NCBI GenBank assembly: GCA_976551045.1
Contig: CDPCPM010000028.1
Span: 5,456,001-5,520,000 of the forward strand
Direction of reading: 5' to 3'
DNA length: 64,000 nt
DNA from: Glaucostegus cemiculus
Taxonomy: Eukaryota
Positions 50,573 to 62,227 of the stretch are shown in pieces. The notes under the pieces were generated by a model. That model did not search any database. It saw nothing but the letters and a program-made list of their open reading frames with translations, and had not been told where the DNA came from. Position numbers and translations under genes: made by a program. How positions within the stretch are numbered: the first letter of the stretch is position 1; each line of letters opens with the position of its first letter.

Positions 50573-51188
50573 AATCAGAATCAGAATTATTATCACTGAC
50601 ACACAACATTATATTTGTTGTTTTATGTCAGTAGTACAGTGCAAATACATAAAATCTATCAATTTCAAAAATAAATAAATAGTCCAAAAAAAGGAATAAT
50701 GAGGTAGTGTTCATGGATTCATGGACCATTCAGAAATCTGATGGTGGAGGGGAAGAACCTGTTCCTGAATAATTGTGTTTGGGTCTTCAGGCTCCTGTAC
50801 CTCCCCCCTGATGGTAGTAACAAGAAGTGGGCATGTTCGGGATGATGAGGGTTCTTAATGATAGATGCCACCTTCTTGAGAGACCACCTCTTGAAGATGT
50901 TCTCGATGGTGGGGAGGGTTGTGTCCGTGATGGAGCTGGCTGAGTCTACAACCCTCTTCAGCCTCTTGTGATCCTGTGCATTGGAGCCTCCATACCAGGC
51001 AGTGATGTAACCAGTCAGAATGCACTCCACTGTACATCTACAGAAATTTGTAAGAGCCTTTGGTGGCATACCAAATCTTCTCAAAATTCTAATGAAGTAG
51101 AGCCACTGGTAGGCCTTTTTCATGATTGCATCAGTGTGTTGGGCCCAGGATAGATCCTCTGAGACATTGACACCCAGGAACTTGAAGA
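50573..51188 (-). mobile_element. Rex1/Babar LINE: ORF C-terminus and 3' UTR
   Basis: FKFLGVNVSEDLSWAQH...KKAYQWLYFIRILRRFG...HHPEHAHFLLLPSGGRYRSL...FFPSTIRFLN; tail aatcagaatcagaat. Confidence 0.9.
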
Positions 51189-52364
51189 TATTATAACTCC
51201 AGTTTATACCGTCCAATTAATATCCTTTGAATCAGCCTAGTCTGACCTTCATTTGGTTCTGATTCTCCACACTATCTTTAAGCAACTTAAAAAAGCCAAG
51301 CATCACTTGGTTTAAAATTGTAGAAGTGGGTGGTGTGGGGTGCTCCAGTCCATAATGAATATCAAACAAGTCTTAGATGACCTTAGCCCAATTAACCCTC
51401 CGAAGCTCTTATCAATGTCCATTTGGGAAAGCTCTGCTATAGACCTAGCCAATAGTCCAAAATATTAGGAACTCAAAGAACCAAAATCTATCAGCCAACA
51501 CTTCTGACTCTTCTAGCATTATCCTTTGGTGTGACCTGGTCCATTAACACCTTGGACCCACCAGAGGTACAGGCACAATAGTGGTCAAATGGAGAGATTG
51601 TGGGAGTCCTCGGCATCCTATGAATTGTCCATAGTTCTAACCAGATTTCCTGTTAGTCGCTGACCAAGCCTTGCCTTCAACCCCTATCTTGCATAAAGGC
51701 ATAGAATAGCTTTAAGTGTCAGCATTTGCACAGCTGTAGGATAGGGTGTCAAACAATAGTACTGGTGGGTGAGGCCTCCACATTACCTGGATGTTAATCC
51801 TCTGCTGGCAGTGTTAAATCCACATTACAGTAGGACTGTGTATTGTAATCCGCTTCTAAGTTTGATTGGTTTCAGTACGTCCAAATTTCAGAAACAGAGT
51901 AAAGTATGCAGCTGCCATTTTATTGCATATTTGAAGCCACTCAGAATGAATTTCTCCCTCTGTCACAACTTCTTGTTGACACCATCTGTTACCTCATATT
52001 AAATGAACATCAACAGATCACAATAAGCTCTTAACTATAGGGCGAGGTGCGGTCACAGTCTGTAACTGACACCCAATACATCCTTGGTACTTCAAGCTTG
52101 GTGATCAACCTTGGTTCAATGGGATATGCAAGGCATGTCTGAAGCAAAGGAATGAATCATCAGCTTTGCAAAGCAACCATCATGTTGAGACACCCAAAAC
52201 CAGGAGGTTGGAGATGGAACTATGTACGGAAAGTCCTACAGCACCCAGTTGTACAATAATGTCACCAAGCGCCAGATGTTTAGTTTATGAGATTCTAAGA
52301 GGCATTGTATGGGTTCTTGACTTGAATCTGTTAGAAAACTGGCAAAAAATCTGATGACTGATGA

Positions 52365-52497
52365 GCAAAAAATGCAGATGCAGGAACTGAAAAAAAATGA
52401 TCTTTCATTGTCCTGAAACTTTAACTCCATTTCTCCCTCTACAGATGCTGCCTGACCTCCTGAGTATTCCCTGCATTTTCTATTTTTTTTCCGCAGC
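52365..52497 (+). mobile_element. Penelope-like terminal module with a short inverted copy
   Basis: cctgaaactttaactcc...acagatgctgcctgacctcctgagtattccctgcattttct, preceded by the inverted aaaatgcagatgcaggaactgaaa. Confidence 0.6.
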
Positions 52498-53335
52498 ATT
52501 GAGGGAAATGATGAGAAGGTCTGTTAACACCACATGATGGGAATTTCACCACAATTCTAAAGTAAGTTTGCACCCGAGATTAGATCAAACCTGCAGAAAT
52601 TGTGGTCCTTCTGGTTTTCAGTCTCCCAACTGTCTCCATTTTAACTCTGTGGAGATGTTGTTGCAAAGAACAAATAGCAATGGATTTAGCTCATGGGTTA
52701 TTTCGGGAAATTCATTACTCAAAATAAATGTTAACAGTGGCTCATTTCCAGTTAACATTTTGACATTCCAAAATCAATTCCTGTTCTAGTAGTGGTCCCA
52801 GCTGCATTTAAATAAAGTCTGTTCTTCATGTATCCACTCAAACTATGCAATGCATGCTCTAACTAAAAAAGGTTTACTTATACACTTGGACAATATTTGA
52901 CCTTGATGGATTACATTAGAGCCAATTCCCCAGAAGGTAACCAATTGTGGTAGGGCTTGTGAATACATTGAAAGCTGACAGGAAAAAAGTCAGACACAAT
53001 GGAAAGTCTAAGAATGGTTATCAAACTTTTCATCCAAGTTAAAAGATAACCCATTCTTCATATAAACTGTCAACATACATCCCATAAACAAGCAATAAAT
53101 CTAGGCTGATCACTAACCAATGAAACCTTTCTGGTTGTGCATAAACAGTAGCTGACCAAAACTGTTTCCTTGTTGTTTCGCAGTGTTCACGTTGCAAGAT
53201 ATTTAATAGACAAGAACTCCTTTGAACCAAGTGGCCAATCGTAATGGGGAAAGGCCTTAAAAATTTCCAGGCAGCATCATATATATATTGATTGGAACCA
53301 TTGTCCAAGGAGTGGTTAGAAAGAAAATAGATGGA

Positions 53336-53762
53336 AAACATAGAAAAACATAGAAAAACCTACAGCACAATTCAGGCCCTTTAGCCCACAAAGCTGTGCC
53401 AAACATGTGCCTACCCTAGAAATTACTAGGCTTACCCATAGCCCTCAATTTTTCTCATCTCCATATACCTATCCAACAGTCTCTTAAAAGACACTATCAT
53501 ATCCACCTCCACCGGCTTTGCCGGCAGCCCATTCCACACACTCATCGCTCTCGGAGTAAAAAACTTACCCCTGACATCTCCTCTATACCTGCTCCCCAGC
53601 ACCTTAAACCTATGTCCTTTAGTGGCCACCATTTCAGCCCTGGGAGAAGCCTCTATCTTGTGGCCACCATTTCAGCCCTGGGAAAAGCCTCTGGCTATCC
53701 ACCTGATCAATGCCTCTCATCATCCTATATACCTCTATCAGGTCCCCCCTCATCCTCCGTTG
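53336..53762 (-). mobile_element. Young CR1 3' end with an internal tandem duplication
   Basis: Closely related to 28799; gtggccaccatttcagccctggga.aagcctct occurs twice (53622-53654, 53660-53692). Confidence 0.92.
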
Positions 53763-53999
53763 CTTTTGAAACTTGCTTCTCATTAGCAGCTATATTTTGA
53801 AGAGGGTAGTATACATGGCTCAATGTTGGAATTTTCTGCAAACTGCCCAGGAAAACCTCACTCCCATAGCCCAAAACATGAAACTCCATCAATGTGTCCA
53901 CGCATCCGGAGTGTAAACTACAAAGATAACGTTCAGTGAGACAAGCATCGACCACAAAGAAAGGTAGACTTGCTTTCATGTAGCGTTGTTTACGAAAAG

Positions 54000-54588
54000 C
54001 TGCACACAGCTGAACAAGATCATTAGGAAAGTAAGCTGAGCATGAGTGCTTATTTCTAGAGGGATAGAACTGAAAATTAGGGGGAGTTATGCTGAACTTC
54101 CTATGGAACCTTGGTTAGCCAGCACTTGGTACCAGAAATGTAAGGATACACAAATCAGAAAAGGAAGAAAAAATTGGGTCTCTTTCTTAACAGAAAAAAG
54201 CTAAGGGGTGATGTCATAGAGGTCTTTGGAATAATAAAAGGTTTAAGGAGAATGGATGTGGAGAGGATGTTGCCACTTGTGGGAAAGAATATAATTAGAG
54301 GACATCAATATAAGACAGTCACCAAGAAATCCGTCAGGGAATTCAAAAGAAATGTCTTTATTCAGAAGTAATAAGGAGAAACTAACTACCTCAGGGAGTG
54401 GCTGAAACAAATAGGACAGATGTAGTTCAGGAGTGACTGGAAAGCATATGCAAGAGATGGAACAGAGGAGGATCCTGATGAGGAAAGGTGGGAGGAGGAT
54501 CAAGCAGAGTATAAATCCTGGACTGGAGCACACTGGATTGGGCTGAATGGCTTATTCTTGTGCTATGTATCCAATAGAATCATATGTA
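54000..54588 (+). mobile_element. Old CR1 3' end
   Basis: KLRGDVIEVFGIIKG...RGHQYK...FKRNVFIQ; tail ttgggctgaatggctt. Confidence 0.75.
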
Positions 54589-54589
54589 A

Positions 54590-54958
54590 CCCATTCCAAA
54601 ACATCTTAAAACCTTAACACCTCAACCTACACAGCCAATGAAGTACCTTTTAACATATTGTCATTGTTGTAATGCAGAAGACAATCTATCCACTACAACC
54701 TCCCACAAACAGCAACATGATAATAGCTGGATTATATGCTTTGATAATATGACACCATCCATAACCTTGTTCTTCTTTGACATAGTGCCAGGGGACTTTT
54801 AACAGACAGAATAGACGGGACTTTAACCTCCCAGCATGGACCAGTTCCTCTTACTGGAAGGTCAGCCTACATTTTTGTGTTTAAATCACAAGTGTGGGGC
54901 TGGAATCCACAACCTCCTAACTCAGAGGGAAGAGTCTATCATCTGAGCCACCGGTGAC
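54590..54958 (-). mobile_element. Deu-type SINE
   Basis: acagccaatgaagtac...ctcccacaaacagcaa...atagtgccagggga...ctcagagg...ctgagccac. Confidence 0.55.
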
Positions 54959-55689
54959 AAGTCATGGGTGAGGGGATGCTACTGGCAATCCAGCCTTATG
55001 GCTGTTGGTAGCTGAGATAACAACTCATCTCTTGGCATTGTGCTCCACACTTATGCACCCAGTGTCACTCAGCGTCCAAGATGTGGCTGGTGGCAATGGA
55101 GGAATGCAAAACCAGAATTAATGTCAGTTGATTGAGATTAGACAATATTTGCAATTACTGGTACAGCTTAAAACTAAAAATGAATTGTCCAACAAAAAAA
55201 AATGCACTGTGCAATTTGAGAAGTCATTGGAATTTGTGAATCATAAAGTATTAACTTGAACCAAGCCATAATAAGCTTATTATATTTATCCTTATTCTTT
55301 ACATTACTGGGTGCAGCTTAAAACCAATACTGATAATTCATGAAGGACTACCTTCACAGGAGTATAATTTAGTAATCATTAACTCCAAATGTGCTCAAAA
55401 TCTAAAACTATATGTAACTACAAATGCTCTCATAAACTTTCAATATGAGTGTTGTGTCATTACAATTTTCTCAATGCACTCCACATTTCTTGGTGCACTT
55501 TTGAATGAGTACTCTACTAAAGGTATTGTATAAGTACAAATTGTTCTTGGATTTACATCCTCCATATAATTTCAACATGCACATATGTATTTCAACTGAA
55601 CATGTGTCAAATGGTTTCATCTTTTACGTTGCAAAGGCTTGGTGTGAGCAAGCCGTAACTTTCCGCGGAGTAGAAGTTTACCATCCTAC

Positions 55690-55903
55690 CTCCAGCATAC
55701 ATGACAGCAAGTGTCAATGAAGAAATCCATGCGATTTCACTGTACGAGGCATTAAAGATTGTCTGAATTTCCTTAAAGTACACAGTGATGGCTTTGGGAA
55801 ATGCGTAAGAAAATCCAATTGCAATGAAAGCTCCAACGACCACAGCCCATCCCCATCCACCATCTGGAGGGACATATTCCTGAGCTGGCATTGGTGGTGG
55901 CAT
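55690..55903 (-). CDS. SLC16A7: Monocarboxylate transporter 2, first coding exon (71 codons + 1 nt)
   Basis: Translates [71 protein letters not shown]. It has the SLC16 signature PDGGWGW and the TM1 lysine (FPK). FPKA, YSEIAW and MYAG match MCT2 rather than MCT1 (FPKS, TSEVSW, MYGG). Donor G|GTAGGA at 55690/55689; A at -3 of the ATG. Confidence 0.93.
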
Positions 55904-55930
55904 CTTCAACTTCCTCTTCTTCTTTCTTAA
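55904..55930 (-). other. SLC16A7: 5' UTR part of the ATG-containing exon (27 nt)
   Basis: Acceptor tttgcttcttccag| ends at 55931, so an upstream non-coding exon is implied. The extra N-terminus of ORF 55607..55987 is intronic. Confidence 0.7.
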
Positions 55931-57394
55931 CTGGAAGAAGCAAATAATGTCAAATGGTTTTTTTGAGTCGCAGTTAAAAAAGACCATACATGATTTTTTT
56001 CTGTCTCTAAGTCAATTGCATGCACATTTCTGGAATTTAAAGAGACATGCATTAGTTTTCTTTTGCTGTTAAAACTATACCTGATTTGATGCTTCTTAAA
56101 TAGAGAGAGTATAATAACATCAGTGAGAGTAGACTGGTATTTTCGGCTCAGCATTGATCAATATAAACACTCACACAGTAGGAGGAGTTGTACGATGTCA
56201 GTCAAGAGATTATCTCACTATACATAGTTTTACTTAATTTACTTAAGTTATTGCATTCTCAACAAATCAACTCATTCACAAATTCATTGCTAAAAATTAA
56301 AATGTGGCCCAACCCTAAGAGATGGAAAAAAGCAAACTAAACTGCAGGTCGATTTAAACCAGCTCATTTCAACTTATCAGTGGTCTGGGCAAAGAAGTTA
56401 GCCTCTCCTTTTAACTTCTGGTAAATTAGGACAAGCCAGGAGATAAAACCCTTAGAAGTGTGTGACTTCACTTGAAAGTTAAATAAAAAAAAACAATAAC
56501 TGAGTGACAAGGACTGGAGTTCCAATATAAATGGTGATCTGACACTCAACAGAAGAGTAACTTTGTCTGAAGGTCAGCTGGCAAGACAGCTCAGTGCAGA
56601 AAAATAATACACATTCTTTTAATGCAAGAGTACATTCATTTCCACAAGACTTCAATCAAAACTGCTCTGGCTCATCTCATTACCCCGCACACGCTTATGA
56701 ATATTCCACAGTCAACAGCTGTCTGCACATGCTCATTAACAAAATTGCATGTTACCAAATGAATCAAAGCTGCTCGAGGTGACCTTCCTCAGTAACATTC
56801 AAGGACACGATGTAGTTTGTTTCCTGGCAATTCGACAGGAGTCAGAATTCACCTTGGAGTCAAATGTGTCACTGGGCAGAGTCGATAAAATTATTTTACT
56901 TGGCTCAAGTCAGTGATGTATGCAAATCAAAAAATATTATATATTTTGGCGGTGAATTTGATTTGTGTTTCAAGCTTCTCTCCTCGATTTTCTCCTTTTC
57001 CTGAAAAGTGTGTCCCGTTGGGGTTATGCTTTCACAGACGTCGGCTGAATTAAATCTTCCTGCATGAGCAGAATGGAAAAGAGGTATTACAGCCACCTAC
57101 ACAACATGCACTTTTCCCAAAATGGGTGAATGGATGGCATTTGGGAGCCCATGTGGCTTTTGTTACCTCAAACACTCTTGGGGACACTTGTACCTCCTGC
57201 TTTTGCTTTCGGTGAGATCATGGCTGATCTCTGACGATTCCAGATTCTCATCTTTTCTCCAAATGCACCAATAGCTTTGGTTAATGAATATCCATCAATC
57301 TCAGGTTTAAAATTAGCAACTGAGTGAGCATTGACTGCTAGCCAAGGAAGGGAGTTTCCAATCTTCTACCATCACTCGAGTGTGTTTGACAACT

Positions 57395-57540
57395 CCATTC
57401 CAGCTTCAGCCTTCAGCCAATCATCCTTTGCAATTTCCGGCAGCTCCAACAAGATTCCACCATCAGAAACATATTCCCTTCCCTTATCCTTTCAGCATTT
57501 CAGAGGGATCACTCCCTTTCTTGGCTTCCTGACCACTCTG
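57395..57540 (+). mobile_element. Penelope-like ORF fragment
   Basis: Encodes SLQPIILCNFRQLQQDSTIRNIFPS...LSAFQRDHS-like text, which resembles the region upstream of the GIY-YIG domain. Confidence 0.55.
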
Positions 57541-57544
57541 CATC

Positions 57545-58350
57545 TTAGGTTCATGGAGTTAGCACAGAAGCAGACCCTTCGGTCCAATTTGTCCATGCTG
57601 ACCAAGGTGCCACCTATGCTAGTCCCATTTGCCTGAAGTTGGCCCCATATCCTTCTCAAACTTTCCTATCCATGTACTGTCCAAATGCAGTATTAACATT
57701 ATAATTGTACATGTCTCTACCACCTCCTCTGGCAGCTATAACCACCACGCTCTGCACAAAAATCACACTCTGATCCTCTTTAAATCTTTCCCCTCTCACC
57801 TTAAACCTATGTGGAACTAAGTAAAATAGGCGGCTATGGGTAAGCCTAGTAATTTCTAGTGTAGGGACATGTTCGGCACAGCTTTGTGGGCCGAAAGGCC
57901 TGAATTGTGCTGTAGTTTTTCTATGTTCTATGTCCTCTTGCTCTAGACTCCCTTAATCTGGGGAATAGACTGTAATTCTCTACTTTAACCACGCCCTTCA
58001 TACTTTTACAAACCTCTATTAGGTCACTGCCCCCCCACCCACCCACCCACACCCTCCAACCAACCCACACCCCCCAACCAACCCAGTCTCCTTTGCTCTA
58101 GTGAAAACAGTCCCAGCCCATCCAGCGTCTCCTTATTACTCGAGCCCTCCAGTCCGGGCAACATGGAGGTTAAGAAAAAGAGGGAGGCACACATTATGCA
58201 TAAGCAGTTGGGAACTGCTGAATCTCTTGATGACTGCAAGAAGTGTAGGAGTGCACTTAAGAGAGAAGTTAGGAGGGCAAAAAGAGGATATGAGAAAGAT
58301 CTGGCAAGCAAGGTGAGGCAAAATCCCAAGAGATTCTATAGGGATAGGTA
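57545..58350 (-). mobile_element. Composite CR1 locus: minus-strand 3' end, nested young CR1 tail (57813-57927, +) and inverted ORF2 piece (58163-58350, +)
   Basis: MLPGLEG...LGLFSLEQRRL on minus; KREVRRAKRGYEKDLASKVRQNPKRFY on plus; ctatgt direct repeat around the nested tail. Confidence 0.8.
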
Positions 58351-58356
58351 ACCTAT

Positions 58357-58607
58357 GGGCGGCACGATAGCGTAGCGTTTAGCGCTATGCTGTTACAGCG
58401 CCAGCAATCGGGGTTTCGATTCCCATCACTGACTGTAAGGAGTTTTTACGTTCTCCCGTGTCTGCAAGGGTTTCCTCCGGGTGCTCCGGTTTCCTCCAAC
58501 ATTCTAAAAGACGTACGGGTAGGTTAATTTGGGGGTGTAAAATGGGTGGTGCGGAGTCGTTGGGTCGAAAGGGCCTGTTACCATGCTGTAAATAAATTTA
58601 AAAAAAA
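58357..58607 (+). mobile_element. Young V-SINE, tail type A
   Basis: Matches 47711-47962. Confidence 0.92.
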
Positions 58608-58729
58608 CATGTAGTACACCACTGGTTACAGGTCTCCAATCTGAAAAATAATCCTCCATTACCACTTTCTGCTCCGGCCACCAAGCCATCTTTGTATCAA
58701 ATTTGCCAGCTCACTTATGGCACTCTCCT

Positions 58730-59012
58730 ACACGTGAGGAGATTCAGCACCTGCCCTTTCAGATCTTCCCTTCCAAACACCTCCAGACCCAAACTGTCCA
58801 GGTGAAGCAGCTAGTCACTTGCATTTCCTACAAGCTAATGTACTGCATTTGGTGCCTCCTTTTATGCCACAAGGAAATATAAGAAGAACATAATATTATA
58901 GGAACAGGCGCAAGATAATGGACTCTTCAAACCACTTCTGCCTGTCGTGGGACCATGGTAGCTCAAGTCTGATCCCCATCTCCAAGCTTTTCCTTAGTGG
59001 CCAAATATCTGT
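58730..59012 (+). mobile_element. Penelope-like GIY-YIG fragment
   Basis: cccaaactgtccaggtgaagcag...acttgcatttcctacaagctaatgtactgcatttggtgc; homologous to 20560-20760. Confidence 0.65.
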
Positions 59013-59015
59013 CAT

Positions 59016-59307
59016 GGGCAGGCACGGTAGTGTAGCAGTAAGCGTAACGCTATTACAGCACCAGAGACCCGGGTTCAATTCTGGCCACTGTAAGGAGTTT
59101 GTATGTTCTCCCTGTGTCTACGTGGGTTTCCTCCGGGTGCTCTGGTTTCCTCCCATATTCCAAAGATGTATGGGTTAGGAGCTGTGGGCATGCTATGTTG
59201 GCGCTGGAAACGTGGCAACACTTGCTTGGGGCCCCCAGAACACTCTACGCAAAAGATGCATTTCACTGTGTGTTTTGATGTACATGTGACTAATAAAGAT
59301 CTCTTAT
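59016..59307 (+). mobile_element. Young V-SINE, tail type B
   Basis: Head, V domain and tail atgcatttcactgtgtgttttgatgtacatgtgactaataaaga. Confidence 0.92.
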
Positions 59308-61290
59308 AAATAACTCAAACTGCTGGGTTAGAGGGTACCAAAGATTTACAATCCTTTGTGTTAATGAATTTCGCCACTTCTCAGTCCTTTATCCTGAGCC
59401 AATGACCCCAGAGTTCTAGGTCATTCAATCGGACAAAATCACACCATAGCGTAACCAATGACTATCCCTTTCAGAATCTTTCCATTCACCTCACCTAAAC
59501 TCTGGACACTACGGCCAATCTGACTTGATCTCTCCTCTTCAGACAACCCACTTATCCCAGGAACCCAAGTGAACCAATGCCACTCTTACTCCGAGACAGG
59601 AACATCCTTTCTTGGACACGGAAAACAAACTACACACTCACTTCAGAAGAACCAACTTTTGGGGACAAGATACAATCAACAACAGGTAATGATAGCACCT
59701 GTTTAATGTTTACAACCAGAGAGAGAATAAGACAGTGTTGACACATAGGTCATATAATAAAAATGAAATATTTGAATAAAAATTGGAACAAATCAGATTA
59801 CATCAATGGGCTGTTTCCTTCTACCCCATGCTCATTGTAAAATATGCCACTTTTATAAGGAGAGCCCAAAATATGACACACTGCAATAAAACAAAACAGC
59901 TGATAATCTGAACAAGATTGCTTTATCTTTGAGAGCTTTCTTATTCCAAACACCCCGGACCTTGATATGCTACACTCCGGCTTTTTGACTCAATGCACCA
60001 AATGTCCCAAAGCTATTCAAAGAAGGGGAACAGTTGCTAAAGGAATGGGGAGTGGAGGGGGGTGGGGGAACAGTAAGGAAAGTTGGATTCAAAAAAGTAG
60101 TTTCTAAGGAAAGGTGTGAGTAAAGAAGCAGAGACAATGACAATTCCTTAACAAGTAAAAGTTTTTAACACTAGCTACTATGCAATGTGATTGCAGATTA
60201 GATTACAGCATGTGACACAGGATTGATTTTATCTTTCATGCAAGGCAAAGTGCAATCAAACAAACTTCTAAAGTCAGTTAAAATCTTTGAAGGCCGTCAT
60301 TGCCCTTAAATTTGTTCAGATCTCAGTAGTCGAAGCAGTTAATTCAATTCTCGGCAAACCTGACATTTAGTTTTGCAGAAGGACGATTATTCTATCTTGA
60401 AAGCATTAATTAGCTAAGTCATGTGACTGGAGAGATTAAACTGCAGAAGGTGTAACCGTATCTCTCCCAATGAAATCTATCTGATGGGGAATTGACCAAT
60501 AAGGCTAAAACAAAGGGATTGGTGCCACCGTGACCACACTCAACATTAATTATGAAACATGGATTAGAAGATATCAAACAGATCCCATTACAAAAAAGGC
60601 AAGATAAAATTTGCCAATAGGTTTGACTTTTATTCAATGTCACCTCAAATTACTTCAAGGTCATGAAGATTCTTCTGGGAGCCTGACACTGGCCCAGATT
60701 TTGCAAGGAAATGTTAACAATTCCACTTTGCAAATTTGGGATTTCCACAGGAACATGGACATCCCATTCACCAGTGTATTTTTTGACTTCATTCCGATCT
60801 TGCACTCCTCATGGAATCAGGAGTAGGAGCAGTCACTGGGGTGTTTCACCAGCTCACCTTGGAAACCTGTGTCTGGTGCAGGGATGGTTTTCCACTATAT
60901 TTCCATGTCACAGAATGTCTACAAAGGTTAATTAATACAGAATGCTTCAAATTAAATGCTTTTAAGTGTGTTAGGTGTTCTACTTAATTAAAAAGAAATG
61001 TTAGCAGTAATGAATGCTTTTAATATATGAAAAATTTAGAAACAATAATGATAAAGGCAAATTAACACCTGGCTGGTGATGCTTTCAAGTATTTTAGGGT
61101 TTTATTTATATCATATTTTGAAAAGTGTCCCGGTTATTATGTTTTATATATTTCAAAAAATTAAAAAGATTAATGACAAAGGCAGCTTTGACAGCCAAGT
61201 ACATGGTGCTTTTTTGTGTTTTTATTTCACTTTTTTTTTTAAAAAGCATGCTAGTTACTTTGAATGTTTTATCGACTTTGAAAAGTTAGT

Positions 61291-61605
61291 GGCACGGTAG
61301 TGTAGTGGTTAGCATAACACTATTACAGTGCCAGCGACCCAAGTTCAATTCCCACTGCTGTCTGTAAGGAATTAGTACACTCTCCCCAGGTTTCCTCCGT
61401 GTGCTCTGGTTTCCTCCTACAGTCCAAAGATGTACAGGTTAGGAAGTTGTGGGCGTGCTATGTTGGCGCCGGAAGTGTGGCGACACTTGTGGGCTGCCCT
61501 CACAAGTGTCACCAGAATGCAAGAATGCAAAATATGCATTTCACTGTGGGTTTCGATGTACGTGTGACCAATGAATATCTTATCTTATTATCTTATCTTA
61601 TCTTA
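61291..61605 (+). mobile_element. V-SINE, tail type B, ending in (tctta)n
   Basis: As for 59016; terminal tatcttatcttattatcttatcttatctta. Confidence 0.9.
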
Positions 61606-62227
61606 GTGTAGTGCATAGCAGAACGAAGGAACATGGTGGGGCATGATCACAAGATCAACGTCTAGACAACTGGTTGGCGTCGATGTGTGAAGGCCAAGTT
61701 GTACCAAGACAGCTCTGTGAGCTGACTCTGAGCACAGGCAAATGGAGAAGGATGGCCTGCTATGAACACATATCCTGATAATTACAGAACTGGTGGTTGA
61801 AGTGTTAAAGTGATTATAGAACAATGCCAGCAGAATTCTGATGGAATTAAAGGAACAAGGAAAAATATGGAAAAGGAGTTTACTTATAGCCATGCGATTG
61901 GTGATAAAATCAAAGTAATACTTAGGAGATATGCCAAGGAATGTATAAGAAGATGCCTCACAGGATGATCAGGAGCAATAGCTCTGGAGAATAACTATTG
62001 CTGAAGAAGACCCTGGGTCAGGAACTTGCAGAACTCCCCACAACGAGCCCCAGCCAGGTTCACCTAGAGTGCGTAACATTGGAACCTGAGTAATGAGCTT
62101 TGGAAGTTGTGAAACTAACAGAAGTGTTGTGTGACTCAAGAGTTGATGAATTTTGTTTGAAACTGCACAGTCAAACTTTGAGTTGTTTGAGCTAATCATG
62201 ATTAATAACATATAGTCCAGTGATTCT

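Larger units (their letters stand above)
10080..55689 (-). other. SLC16A7: 45.6-kb GT-AG intron between coding exons 1 and 2
   Basis: Defined by the donor at 55689 and the acceptor at 10080; the protein is continuous across it (MYAG|GPISS). Confidence 0.9.
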
